Shown here one piece after another: positions 51,186 through 61,042 of a stretch of 64,000 nucleotides of DNA (the stretch's first letter is position 1; each line of letters begins with the position of its first letter). The stretch lies in contig JBGAJV010000031.1 in NCBI GenBank assembly GCA_044224715.1, positions 44-64,043 of the forward strand. Reading direction: 5' to 3'. Origin of the DNA: Anaerolineales bacterium (GTDB taxonomy: Bacteria; Chloroflexota; Anaerolineae; Anaerolineales; UBA6663). The notes under the pieces are model-generated. The model did no database searches and had not been told where the DNA came from. It saw only the letters and a program-made list of their open reading frames with translations. A program made the position numbers and the translations under genes.

Positions 51186-53377
51186 GCCTCCGTCACGACG
51201 CCGGCGTCGATCAAGGCCTGCAGCACACGCTCGGGCGTATACGGGAACCGGTCGATCCAGACGCCGGTGGCGCTGTGGATGGCTGACGCCACGGCGGCTG
51301 CCAACGGCAGGTAGGGCATCTCGGCCATGCCGCGGGCGCCCCACGGGCCGTTCGGGTCGGCATACTCGAGGATCACCGGGCGCACCCGCTCCGGCACATC
51401 CAGCACAGTCGGGATGAGATAGGTCGACAGGTGCGGCGTAAGGACCTTGCCGTCGCGCATCACGAAGTTCTCGAGCACGGCGTAGCCCGCGGCCTGCACG
51501 ACGGCGCCCTCGATCTGACCCGCGACCAGCTGCGGATTGATCGCGCGACCGACATCGTCGGCACAGATCACCTCGAGGAGTCGCACCTGGCCGGTCTCGA
51601 TGTCGACCTCGAGGTCGACGACCTCGCCGACGTACCCGTACGCGAAGTTCGGGTCGCAATGGCCGTCGATCTCGTCATAGCCCGTGGTCGCCGGTGGCCG
51701 GTAGACGAAGGTCGCCTCGGCCGGATGGTCTTCGTCGTCCCACTTCTTGCGGGCCGCTTCGGCCGCGCCTTTGATCGCATTGCCGGCCATGAAGGTCAAA
51801 CGCGACGCCGACGCGCTGCCTGAGTCGCCGCTGGTCGTGGTGTCGCTGGCGACAAGCGTAACCTTGTCGATGTCCACGCCCGCGCCCTCGGCAGCCATCT
51901 GAACGAAGACGGTGTGCGCGCCCTGGCCGCAATCCGATCCGCCATGATAGACGGTGACACGCTCGATCTCGCCGTCGCCCTCGATCGTCACACGCGCCTC
52001 GCACGACTCGGGCGCGCCGAACGAGAACCCGATGTTCTTGACCGCGCACGCGAACCCACGGCCGCGGCGCAGATGCGGCGCCGACGCGACAGGCCGGGTC
52101 CGCTCCGGGTCCCAGCGCGCCTCGCGCGCCAGATCGGCGATGACCTGCTTGATCGTCACGCCCTTCGGCCCGCGCGTGCCGACCGACCAGATCGAGTCGT
52201 CGGTCAGCGCGTTCTTGAGACGGATCGCGACCGGGTCCAGCCCGAGGGCAGCGGCCAGTTTGTCGATCTGCATCTCGGCCGCGAAGGTCGCCTGCGGGCC
52301 GCCGAAGCCGCGGAACGCGCCGCCGGGCACGTTGTTGGTCGCGACCGTAAGGGCATCGACCGCGACGTGCGGGATCTCGTAGGCGCCGGTCGCCAGAAGC
52401 GCCGCGTTGCCAAGCACTTTCGGCGACGTGTAGGCATAGGGGCCGGCGTCGCTGATGACCTCGGACTCCACGGCGACCAGCGTGCCATCGCGTTTGGCGC
52501 CCCACTTGGCGCGGATGCGGAAGGCATGACGTTTATGGTGCCCGACGATCGACTCTTCGCGCGACCACACGATCTTGACCGGCCGGCGCAGCTTCCAGGC
52601 CGCCAGCGCCAGGATGATCTGGACCGACATGTCTTCGCGCCCGCCGAACGCGCCGCCGATGGCGGGGTAGATCACGCGGATCTGCTCCGGCGGCAGCGCC
52701 AGGCTGTGCGCGATTTGGAGTCGATCCTCATGGGTCCACTGGCCGGCCACCTTGACGGTCACGCGGCCTTCGTCATCGATGTACCCCAGCCCGGCCTCGG
52801 GTTGCAGGTACGCGTGCTCCTGCATGGGCGTGTGGTATTCGCCCTCGACGATCACGTCGCAGCCGGCCCAGGCCGCCGCAACGTCGCCTTTGCGGATGCG
52901 ATAGCGCTTGAAGACGTTGCCGGGCGCGCTCGGCACGATCTCGTGAGCGCCCGGCTGCAGCGCGGCGTCGATGTCGGTGATGAGCGGCAGGTCTTGCCAC
53001 TCGATCTCGATCAGGTCCCGCGCCTCGGCGGCGGCCTGTTCGGTCTCGGCCACGACCAGCGCGACCTGATCGCCGACGAAGCGCACGATGTCGGCGCCCT
53101 CGATTCCGGAGCCGGGTCCGCACAGCACGGGCTGATCAGGCGTGCCCAGGCCATAGCCGTTGACGGGCACGTCTTTGGCCGTGAATACGGCGACCACGCC
53201 GGGATGGGCCTCGGCGCGAGCCGTGTCGATCTTGAGGATGCGGGCATGCGGCCGACCGGCAAAGCGGACCTTCATCCACAGCTGGTCGGGCAGGTCGATA
53301 TCGCCCGGGTAGGGCGCCTCGCCCGTCACCTTGGCGCGGGCGTCGATGCGGGTATGGGATTGGCCGATCGCGTTCAT
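51182..53377 (-). CDS. xdhA: Xanthine dehydrogenase-family molybdopterin subunit
   Basis: KVTG, QEHAYLQPE, GGAFGGR, AFRGFG, GQG, GQIEG, GARGMAE. Confidence 0.92.
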   Translation of the reverse strand: MNAIGQSHTRIDARAKVTGEAPYPGDIDLPDQLWMKVRFAGRPHARILKIDTARAEAHPGVVAVFTAKDVPVNGYGLGTPDQPVLCGPGSGIEGADIVRFVGDQVALVVAETEQAAAEARDLIEIEWQDLPLITDIDAALQPGAHEIVPSAPGNVFKRYRIRKGDVAAAWAGCDVIVEGEYHTPMQEHAYLQPEAGLGYIDDEGRVTVKVAGQWTHEDRLQIAHSLALPPEQIRVIYPAIGGAFGGREDMSVQIILALAAWKLRRPVKIVWSREESIVGHHKRHAFRIRAKWGAKRDGTLVAVESEVISDAGPYAYTSPKVLGNAALLATGAYEIPHVAVDALTVATNNVPGGAFRGFGGPQATFAAEMQIDKLAAALGLDPVAIRLKNALTDDSIWSVGTRGPKGVTIKQVIADLAREARWDPERTRPVASAPHLRRGRGFACAVKNIGFSFGAPESCEARVTIEGDGEIERVTVYHGGSDCGQGAHTVFVQMAAEGAGVDIDKVTLVASDTTTSGDSGSASASRLTFMAGNAIKGAAEAARKKWDDEDHPAEATFVYRPPATTGYDEIDGHCDPNFAYGYVGEVVDLEVDIETGQVRLLEVICADDVGRAINPQLVAGQIEGAVVQAAGYAVLENFVMRDGKVLTPHLSTYLIPTVLDVPERVRPVILEYADPNGPWGARGMAEMPYLPLAAAVASAIHSATGVWIDRFPYTPERVLQALIDAGVVTEA

Positions 53378-53401
53378 GCGCGTTGTCCCCCGGATGGGTT
53401 G

Positions 53402-54835
53402 TCAGTCGGCGGCGGTCGGGCTGGACCCGGCGGCGGCCTTCTCGAGCGCGGACAGGATCTTGTAGTACCCGGTGCAGCGACACAGATTGCCGGTGACGGC
53501 CTGTTGGATCTCGGCCTTGCCGGGTCGCTCGCGTTCTTCCAGCAGCTTGGCGCCCGCCATGAGGAACCCGGGCGTGCAATAGCCGCACTGAACGGCGCCC
53601 TCGTCGATGAAGGCCTGCTGCAGCGGATGCAGATGATCGCCCTGGGCCAGGCCCTCGACGGTGACGATCGTGGCGCCATCGGCGCGCGGCGCCGGCACGA
53701 GGCAGGCCATGACGGCCTTGCCGTCGAGGAAGACGGTGCAGGCGCCGCACTCACCCTCGGCGCAGCCTTCTTTCGTGCCGGGCAGGCCGGCGTCCTCGCG
53801 CAACATCCGCAGCAGGGTCTTGTGCTGGGCGCCCTGGATGACGCGTCGAGCGCCGTTGATCGTGGCGACGATGGTGTCGCCGCCCTCGGTCGATTGCGTC
53901 GGCACGGCGGCGCCGGCCAGCGTCACCGGGCGCTCGGGCAGGGCGCCGCGCTCGGCACCGTCGGCGATGCCGCGCAGCGCGCGGCCGACGCCCACGGCGA
54001 CCAGCCGCCGGCGATACGTTGCCGAGGCGCGCACATCGTCGATCGGGCGCGCCGTCGCGCGCGCCAGCCCGGCGGCCTGTGCAATGCGTTCGTCGGTGAG
54101 CGGGCCGCCCACCAGAGCGGCCTCGGCCTCCGGACAGCGGATGATCGTCGGTGCCACGGCGCCGAGCGCGATGCGCGCGCCCGTGACGACGCGGTCGCGG
54201 CGACCGCCGGCGCCGGCTTCGAAATTGACGACGGCGGCGACGTTGACGAGCGAGATCGCCTGAGCGCGCCGGAGCGCCAGCTTGATGAACATGCCCTGGG
54301 CCACGGCCGGGTCGAGCGCCGGTACCGCGATGTCGGTCAGGATCTCGTCGACGGCGAGCACCGTGCGGCGCACGCCGTCGTAGAACTCCGCGAGTGGCAC
54401 CACGCGCGAGCCGCGTGAGGCGGTCAGCGTGACTTCGGCGCCGAGCGCGATGAGGGGCGTGATCGTGTCGTTGGCCGGCGAGGCCGTGATCAGATTTCCG
54501 GCCACGGTCGCGCGGTTGCGGATCTGGGGCGCGCCCACCTCCCAGCTGGCCTGGGCCAGGGGCAGGGCGCGGGTCTGAACTAGCGTCGACGCCGCAACAG
54601 CGTTGTGCGTCGCCAGCGGTCCGATATGGATCTTGCCGTCGGCGCCCAACTCGATCCGATCCAGGCCCGGCACGCGCGACAGATCGATCAGTGTCTCGAT
54701 GCCGCGGCGCACGCCGCGCTCGAGCTCGAGGATCAGATCCGTGGCGCCCGCGACGATGCGGGCCGAGCCGCCCTGTGTGTCGAGCGCGGTCAGCGCTTCA
54801 TCCAACGTCCTCGGTGTCAGATAACGTTGCCACAT
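53402..54835 (-). CDS. Xanthine dehydrogenase-family FAD subunit fused to a 2x[2Fe-2S] subunit
   Basis: AGATDL, QIRNRATVAGN, ASPAND; C-terminal GCAEGECGAC..C, QCGYC, NLCRCTGY. Confidence 0.92.
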   Translation of the reverse strand: MWQRYLTPRTLDEALTALDTQGGSARIVAGATDLILELERGVRRGIETLIDLSRVPGLDRIELGADGKIHIGPLATHNAVAASTLVQTRALPLAQASWEVGAPQIRNRATVAGNLITASPANDTITPLIALGAEVTLTASRGSRVVPLAEFYDGVRRTVLAVDEILTDIAVPALDPAVAQGMFIKLALRRAQAISLVNVAAVVNFEAGAGGRRDRVVTGARIALGAVAPTIIRCPEAEAALVGGPLTDERIAQAAGLARATARPIDDVRASATYRRRLVAVGVGRALRGIADGAERGALPERPVTLAGAAVPTQSTEGGDTIVATINGARRVIQGAQHKTLLRMLREDAGLPGTKEGCAEGECGACTVFLDGKAVMACLVPAPRADGATIVTVEGLAQGDHLHPLQQAFIDEGAVQCGYCTPGFLMAGAKLLEERERPGKAEIQQAVTGNLCRCTGYYKILSALEKAAAGSSPTAAD

Positions 54836-54841
54836 AGACTC

Positions 54842-57553
54842 TCAGCGTGAGATGAGTGTGAGATACACCCGGTTCAACGTCACAGTCACGACCTGCGAAG
54901 CGTTCTGACTGCCTGCGGTGTTCGTGGCCGTGACGGTCACCGTGTGGCTCCCAGTGGTTGTGAATACGAGATACGGCGCCGCGCCGGTGCCGACCGGGGC
55001 GCCGTCGATCGTCCAGGCATAGGTCACGTTGCTGCCGGTCGTGATGGCCGCGGTATAAGCCGTCGGTGTGTTGACCGTCGTCGTCGTCGGGCCGCCGAGC
55101 GTCAAACCGGTGATGGCGATGTCGGCGATCGTCACCGGGATGGACACGCTTGACGTGCCAAGCGGATTGGTGGCGGTCACGGTCGCCGTGTAGGCGCCGA
55201 TTGCGCCGTATCCGTGCGAGGCGTTTGCGCCCGTTCCGGTGGCGCCGTCGCCGAAGGCCCAGGTGTACGTCACGCTCGAGCCCGTGGAGACGGTTGCGGT
55301 GAATGCCACGCCGACGGTCGGCGGCTTCGGGCCGTTGCTCTGCGCCTGCAGACCGGTGATGGGCGACTCGATCTGCAGCACAGCGTCGTCGCTGTTGTCC
55401 GCCGGCGTCGTGTCGCCGACCCACGAGTCGATGCGCGCGGTGTTGGTGAGCGTCGCCGGCGTCGTGACGCCGTCGCGGACGCGCGCCGTCACGGTGATCT
55501 GGCCGCCGGCCCCGGGCGCCAGGTTGGCGACCTGCCAGCTGTAGGTCAACCCACCGGTCGGCGTGATGGTCGCGCCGCTTGACGTGAACACGATGTCGGT
55601 CAAGGTCGCGGTCGCGATCACGTCGGTGATCACGGGCGTGTACGCGACGCGCGCGCCGGTGTTGGTGTACGCGAGCGTGAACGTGATGGCATCGCCGGGT
55701 TTCACGAGCGCGGGCGCCGCGTCCTTGACGAGCACGAGGTTCGTGGCGAGGTTGAGTTCGTCGGCGCCCAGGTCGGGCGCGCCGTAGAGCGGCCGGGTCT
55801 CGCCGTCGATGTCGGTCGTGAGCGCCGTCGCGACACCCTGATTGAAGGCGGCGCTGCCGTCGTTCAGGTGGAAGTCGAACCCGGCGGCGTCGACAAAGGA
55901 CGCCGCGCCGGTCACGGCCGCGGAGACGACGATCGGGCTGTTGGCCGTCTGCGTCGGCACAATCACGTTCGACCACAGAACGCCGGTGAGCGTCGTCGTG
56001 GCGGTCAGCGGACCGACGTCAACGCCGACGGCATACCCATGAACGATCGTGTTCGTCAGTTGCAGGGATTCACCCGTGGTTTGCGAGCCGAGCGAGATGC
56101 CGATGCCCTCGCCTTCGACCGCGGCGGCAAACGTGTTGTGCCGCCCCGTGACCCTGGCCGTGCCCAGACCGAAGAAAGCGAGGTCGTCGCCATCGGTCGG
56201 CGACGCATTGGCCGCCAGGATGACGTTGTCGAGCGTCATGTCCGATGTGTCGGAGACCACGCTCGAGACGAGCAGACCGCCGCCCGCCATGCGCGCGGTG
56301 TTGCTGACGATCTCGCTGGCCTGGATGACGCCGGTGCCGGAGGAATCGAAGGCGATGCCGCCGCCGCGGTCCGACGTGTTCGCGCGGATCGTGCTGTTCG
56401 AGATGGATAGGTCGCCCTTGACGCAGATCCCGCCGCCCCGGGTGAGCGCGGTGTTGGTCAAGACGTCGGTGTTGACGAGCGTGAAGGCGCCGGCCGTGAC
56501 GATGCCGCCGCCCGCCGCGAGCTGCGATTGGTTGCGAACGACGCGGCTATCGGTGAGCGTCGCCGGGCCGTTGAGCGCCAGACCGCCGCCTTCGTCGGTG
56601 GCGACGTTGCCTGAAACCAGGATGCGGGTCAGGGTGGCCGACCCAAAGGCGAAGATCGCGCCGCCCTGATAGCCGGCGGTGTTGGTGTAGAACGTCGAGT
56701 CGCTGATCGTCACCGTGCTGTCGCCATAGACAGCGCCGCCGAACCCTGTCGACGTGTTGCCCTGGAACCACGCGTTTTGGATCGTCAGACTTTGGAAGGC
56801 GTCGAGCGCGCCGCCCCGGATCGCGCCGGTGTTGTTGATGAAGGTGGTGCCGCTCACGACGACGGTCGAGGCGGCACTGACGCCGGCCCCGTAACAGCCC
56901 GTGCAGGTGTTGCCCTGAACCAGGCCGCCCGTCAGGTTGACCGCGGCCTCGGCGAGCAGACCCGCGCCCGCGCCGTCCGCCGTGTTGTTGAGGAAGCTGA
57001 CGTTGACCAGGGTGATCGGGCTGGCCGTGCCGGCCGCGATGCCCGCCCCCGTCGTATAGGTGCCCGTGACGGCCAGACCGTTCTGGATCGTAAAGCCGTT
57101 GAGTGTCGTCGGCGAACTCCCCAGGATCGTCAGGCCGCGGCGCTGGTTCTGCCCGTCGATCGTGCTCGTGCCGGTTTGCGACGTGAACCCCGCGTTCCAG
57201 CCACCCGAGAGCGTCAGAGCGCGATCGATCACGGCGACTTCGTTGCTGGCACCCGTATAGGTGCCCGACGCCACGAAGATGGTGTCGCCGGCGCTGGCAA
57301 GCGTGATCGCGCGTTGAAGGGTGTCGCAGGGTTGTCCGACCGAGAGGCAGTTGTTGCCTGGGAGACCGGTTGTGGCGACGTACCAGGGGCCTGCGCCGCG
57401 CGCGGTTGGCGCTTGCGCCAGGGTCAGTACGGAGAGCGCCAGCGCCATCCCGAAGACGCCGGCAAATACGGCACGGCGCAGGCCGGACCGCGGATCGCTG
57501 CGCGACTGAAGAGCCCGATGCGTAACAGCAGCATCCAACGTGTTCAATTTCAT
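54842..57553 (-). CDS. Secreted surface protein: beta-helix (Pmp-like GGA repeats), choice-of-anchor-Q-like segment, DUF11, 2 PKD domains, C-terminal VYLTLISR motif
   Basis: Signal peptide; FxxNTAxxxGGA repeats; DFHL..DIDGETRP..PDLGADE; PGDAITFTL; YTWAFGDG. Confidence 0.88.
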   Translation of the reverse strand: MKLNTLDAAVTHRALQSRSDPRSGLRRAVFAGVFGMALALSVLTLAQAPTARGAGPWYVATTGLPGNNCLSVGQPCDTLQRAITLASAGDTIFVASGTYTGASNEVAVIDRALTLSGGWNAGFTSQTGTSTIDGQNQRRGLTILGSSPTTLNGFTIQNGLAVTGTYTTGAGIAAGTASPITLVNVSFLNNTADGAGAGLLAEAAVNLTGGLVQGNTCTGCYGAGVSAASTVVVSGTTFINNTGAIRGGALDAFQSLTIQNAWFQGNTSTGFGGAVYGDSTVTISDSTFYTNTAGYQGGAIFAFGSATLTRILVSGNVATDEGGGLALNGPATLTDSRVVRNQSQLAAGGGIVTAGAFTLVNTDVLTNTALTRGGGICVKGDLSISNSTIRANTSDRGGGIAFDSSGTGVIQASEIVSNTARMAGGGLLVSSVVSDTSDMTLDNVILAANASPTDGDDLAFFGLGTARVTGRHNTFAAAVEGEGIGISLGSQTTGESLQLTNTIVHGYAVGVDVGPLTATTTLTGVLWSNVIVPTQTANSPIVVSAAVTGAASFVDAAGFDFHLNDGSAAFNQGVATALTTDIDGETRPLYGAPDLGADELNLATNLVLVKDAAPALVKPGDAITFTLAYTNTGARVAYTPVITDVIATATLTDIVFTSSGATITPTGGLTYSWQVANLAPGAGGQITVTARVRDGVTTPATLTNTARIDSWVGDTTPADNSDDAVLQIESPITGLQAQSNGPKPPTVGVAFTATVSTGSSVTYTWAFGDGATGTGANASHGYGAIGAYTATVTATNPLGTSSVSIPVTIADIAITGLTLGGPTTTTVNTPTAYTAAITTGSNVTYAWTIDGAPVGTGAAPYLVFTTTGSHTVTVTATNTAGSQNASQVVTVTLNRVYLTLISR

Positions 57554-57622
57554 GTTTATCTCGCGCGACCTGTGCGTCCCACGCGTGAAGATTACCCCTC
57601 GCAGGCCAGGTCAAAGCGCAAG

Positions 57623-59467
57623 TTAAGATACTACCTCAATTCGACGGAATTGCGTCACGTCGACAAGACCGAGATCGGAGATCCTTAGCTCCGGGATCAC
57701 GACTAATGCGAGCAAGCTAAGCTGCATATTCGCGTTGTGCAGCCGACAGCCGCAGGCGCGGTATTCGGCCAGCACCGCCTCCGTTTTTTCGGCGACGGTC
57801 TCGGCCCGTTCGGTCGACATCAACCCCGCGATCGGCAGCTCGACCACGGCGCGCACCTCGCCATCCCGCGCGACCAACATGCCGCCGTTGTGCGCAGCGA
57901 GCGCGTTGCCGGCCAGTGCCATGTGCGTCTCGTCATTGCCGACGACCAGCATGTGATGCGAATCGTGGGCAACTGTGGACGCGATCGCGCAGGGGCGGTC
58001 GAATCCGAACCCCTGGACAAATCCGACCTGAACCCGGCCCGTGCCGGCGTGGCGTTCGACGAGCGCCACCTTGCAGATGTCCTGAGCGCCGTCGCCCAAC
58101 ACCTCGCCGCCCCGCACGGGCAGATCGGCAGTTAGATGTCGGGTCGGGGCCTGGTTTTCGATCACGCCGATCACGTGCGCGGGCGCCGTCGTCTGGCCCG
58201 CGCGGTTTGGCGGCAGCGGCACGCGGAAATCCCCGGCCGTCAGCGCGCGCCCGAGGTGAACCGACTGCTTGACCTCGGTCGGGTATTCGAAGGTCGGGAG
58301 TTCCCTCAGCCAGCCGCCGTCTTCGGCGATGACCTCGCCGGCCGCGATCACCAGCTCGGCCCTGAACGCGACCAGGCTGCGGGTGAGGACGATGTCGGCA
58401 TACCGGCCCGGGGCGATGAGGCCCACGTCGCGGCTGACGCCGAAGTGCTCGGCCGTGTTGAGCGTCATCATCTGCAACGCCGTCATCGGCGAAAGTCCCT
58501 GTGCGATCGCATGCCGGAGGACTCGATCCATGTGACCTTCGTTGACCAGCGTGCCCGAATGCGAGTCGTCCGTGCAGAGGATGAAGCGGCGCGGGTCGAG
58601 CCCGGCCTCGGTGATCGCCTTGACCTGTGCTTCCACGTCGTACCAGGCCGAGCCAAGCCGGAGCATGGGACGCATGCCCTGGCGCGCGCGCGCGACGGCG
58701 TCATCGGCGCGCGTGCCCTCGTGATCGTCCTCGGGTCCGCCCGCCACATAGCCGTGGAACGGCAGGCCGAGGTCGGGCGAGGCGTAGTGCCCGCCGATGG
58801 TGCGCCCGGCGCGCATCGTCTCGGCCATCTCGGCGTGCATCTGGGCGTCGCTGCCGAACACCGCAGGGAAGTTCATGACCTCGCCCAGGCCGATGATGCC
58901 CGGCCAGGCCATGGCTTCGCGGACCTCGTCGGGTCCGATGTGCGCGCCGGGCGTTTCCAGCCCGGGCGCCGAGGGCACGCAGGACGGCATCTGCACCCAG
59001 ACGTTGATCGGCTGCAGGGCGGCCTCATCGACCATCAGCTTCACGCCTTTGAGGCCGAAGATGTTCGCGATCTCGTGCGGGTCGACAAACATGCCCGTGG
59101 TGCCGCGCGGCCCGACGGCGCGCACGAACTCGGTCACCGTGACCATGCCCGACTCGACGTGCATGTGCGCGTCGAGCAGACCGGGCGTGAGATAGCGCCC
59201 GTGCGCGTCGATCACGCGCGTCTCCGGGCCGATGGCGTGCCCCGCGTCCGGCCCGACGTAGGCGATGCGCGAGCCTTTGATCGCGACGTCGGTGTCGGGC
59301 ACGATCTCGCCGGTCTGCACACAGGCCCAACGGCCGCCGCGGATGACGAGGTCGGCCGGGACGCGCCCCATGGCGCAATCGCTCAATTCGCGGGAAACGG
59401 CGTGCCAGGGTTGTCGAGTCGGCAAGGCGGCTTTCCTTTCGACAATGAATGCGTGCCCGGATCTCAC
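57623..59467 (-). CDS. ade: Adenine deaminase (start uncertain)
   Basis: DAHMHVES, DPHEIAN, PSCVP, LGEVMN, DDHE, CTDD, STVAHDSH, LPIAGLMS, VIPELRI. Confidence 0.93.
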   Translation of the reverse strand: MRSGHAFIVERKAALPTRQPWHAVSRELSDCAMGRVPADLVIRGGRWACVQTGEIVPDTDVAIKGSRIAYVGPDAGHAIGPETRVIDAHGRYLTPGLLDAHMHVESGMVTVTEFVRAVGPRGTTGMFVDPHEIANIFGLKGVKLMVDEAALQPINVWVQMPSCVPSAPGLETPGAHIGPDEVREAMAWPGIIGLGEVMNFPAVFGSDAQMHAEMAETMRAGRTIGGHYASPDLGLPFHGYVAGGPEDDHEGTRADDAVARARQGMRPMLRLGSAWYDVEAQVKAITEAGLDPRRFILCTDDSHSGTLVNEGHMDRVLRHAIAQGLSPMTALQMMTLNTAEHFGVSRDVGLIAPGRYADIVLTRSLVAFRAELVIAAGEVIAEDGGWLRELPTFEYPTEVKQSVHLGRALTAGDFRVPLPPNRAGQTTAPAHVIGVIENQAPTRHLTADLPVRGGEVLGDGAQDICKVALVERHAGTGRVQVGFVQGFGFDRPCAIASTVAHDSHHMLVVGNDETHMALAGNALAAHNGGMLVARDGEVRAVVELPIAGLMSTERAETVAEKTEAVLAEYRACGCRLHNANMQLSLLALVVIPELRISDLGLVDVTQFRRIEVVS

Positions 59468-59505
59468 GGAACGAAGTGGATGCCCCGGAGCGTCACAAAA
59501 CGATG

Positions 59506-59542
59506 TCCGTGACATCCGCCGATATCCGCGTCATCCGTGTAC
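59506..59542. repeat. About 9-bp ATCCG-core tandem repeats
   Basis: tccgtgaca tccgccgata tccgcgtca tccgtgtac. Confidence 0.6.
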
Positions 59543-59558
59543 GCATTCGTTTTCTCTA

Positions 59559-60884
59559 CTATGGCGCGGCGTACCGCTCCCAGGCCTTCGCCGCCAGTTC
59601 GCGACTGCGGGCCGTGATCTCGGCCTCGTCCAAAAAGAGCAGCTTGCGGTCGCGCATCAGGACCTTGCCGGCGCAGATCGTGGTCGTCACGGCCGACGGC
59701 TCGAACCCGAACAGGATGTGCCACGGCAGGTTGCCGGAGGTCAGCGGCGTAATCGGGTGATAGTCGACCAGGATCACGTCGGCGAATGCGCCGGGCGCGA
59801 GCACGCCGATCGGCGCGGCAGGGAAGAACATGCCGGCCAGCGCAGCGTTGTTGTCGATCGCCATCTCGGTGATGGTGTACCCGCCGGCCCGGCGCGGATC
59901 GCGATGCGCGACCTTGTGCAGCAAGTAGGCGGCCTTCCACTCCTCCCACATGGCGTTCGAGAAACCGTCGTTGCCCAGACAAACCTTGATGCCGGAGCGC
60001 AACAGGCCCTCGATCTCGGCCGCGCCGACGGCGTTGTTCATGTTCGAGCGCGGCTGATGCGTGACCCAGGTGCCCGTCTCGCGCACCAGCGCGGCCTCGC
60101 GCGCGTCGATGTGGACGCAGTGGGCCGCGATCGTCTGCGGACCGAGTATGCCGTGCCGGTACAGCCGATCGACGACGCGCAGGCCGCTGCGTTTGACGCT
60201 GTCGTATTCGTCCGACTCGTGCTCGGCCACGTGGATGTGGAAACCGCCGCCGTGGTCGGCGCGACAGGCATCCAGGCTCTCCGCCGAGAGCGACAACGAG
60301 GCGTGCAGTCCGAAGGTGGCGGCGAGGTTGGCGCGCCCCGGCGCGGCCTTGATGAAGCGCAAGTTTTCGTCGATCCCGGCGCGCAGGCGCTCGGGGCCGT
60401 CGCGATCGGTGACCTCGTAGCACAGACAGGCGCGCAGGCCGGCCTGCTCGACGGCGTCGGCGATCACGTCGAGCGAGCCGTCGATGGCGTTGGGCGAGGC
60501 GTGGTGATCGATCAGCGTTGTCGTTCCATGCTTGACCGCGTCGATCAGGCACACCATCGCCGAAACCTTCACATCGTCGAGCGTCAGCGCCTTGTCGAGC
60601 TTCCACCACAGGCGCGTGAGGATCTCGGGAAAGTCCTTGGGCGCATCGCCCGGGATCGCCATGCCGCGCGCGAACGCGCCATAGAAATGCGTGTGGGCGC
60701 AGATGTTGCCCGGCATCAGGTACTGGCCGCCGGCGTCGAGAGTCTCGACGCCCGGATGCGCGGCTTGCAGCGCCGTCGTCGGGCCCATCGCGGCGATCCG
60801 ATCGCCCTCGATGTATACGGCGTGATCCGGCAGGATCTGGTTGTCCTTGCCCCAGGTGACGAGCGTGGCGTGGGTGATGAGCAT
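59559..60884 (-). CDS. ssnA: Putative aminohydrolase SsnA
   Basis: CAHTHFYG..ARG, LWWKLD, DHHASP, CYEVTDRDG, GLHAS, HVAE, SNMNNAVG, LGNDG; GAGGAG RBS. Confidence 0.9.
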   Translation of the reverse strand: MLITHATLVTWGKDNQILPDHAVYIEGDRIAAMGPTTALQAAHPGVETLDAGGQYLMPGNICAHTHFYGAFARGMAIPGDAPKDFPEILTRLWWKLDKALTLDDVKVSAMVCLIDAVKHGTTTLIDHHASPNAIDGSLDVIADAVEQAGLRACLCYEVTDRDGPERLRAGIDENLRFIKAAPGRANLAATFGLHASLSLSAESLDACRADHGGGFHIHVAEHESDEYDSVKRSGLRVVDRLYRHGILGPQTIAAHCVHIDAREAALVRETGTWVTHQPRSNMNNAVGAAEIEGLLRSGIKVCLGNDGFSNAMWEEWKAAYLLHKVAHRDPRRAGGYTITEMAIDNNAALAGMFFPAAPIGVLAPGAFADVILVDYHPITPLTSGNLPWHILFGFEPSAVTTTICAGKVLMRDRKLLFLDEAEITARSRELAAKAWERYAAP

Positions 60885-60916
60885 GAACGCTCCTCGCATT
60901 GCGGTGACGGATCGGG

Positions 60917-60956
60917 GACCACGCACCGCCACACGCGAACGTGGCGATGCGTGGTC
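60917..60956. other. Intergenic stem-loop between arcC and ssnA
   Basis: GACCACGCA-C-CGCCAC...GTGGCG-A-TGCGTGGTC; no U-tract. Confidence 0.55.
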
Positions 60957-61016
60957 TGGTTGTCGACGGTTGACCCAGGCGGTCGCGAGGGCCGCCTGGA
61001 GCGTCATCGGCCAGAG

Positions 61017-61042
61017 AGGGCGGCCACAAGGGCCGCCCTTAC
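61017..61042 (-). repeat. REP-like palindrome beginning at the arcC stop codon
   Basis: Minus strand GTAA-GGGCGGCC-cttgt-GGCCGCCC-T, resembling GTAG-class REPs. Confidence 0.6.

Noticed and set aside
51182-54835. Selenocysteine read-through or frameshift in the XDH genes
   Set aside because: Both ORFs are full-length with no internal TGA, and the stops fall at the expected domain ends.
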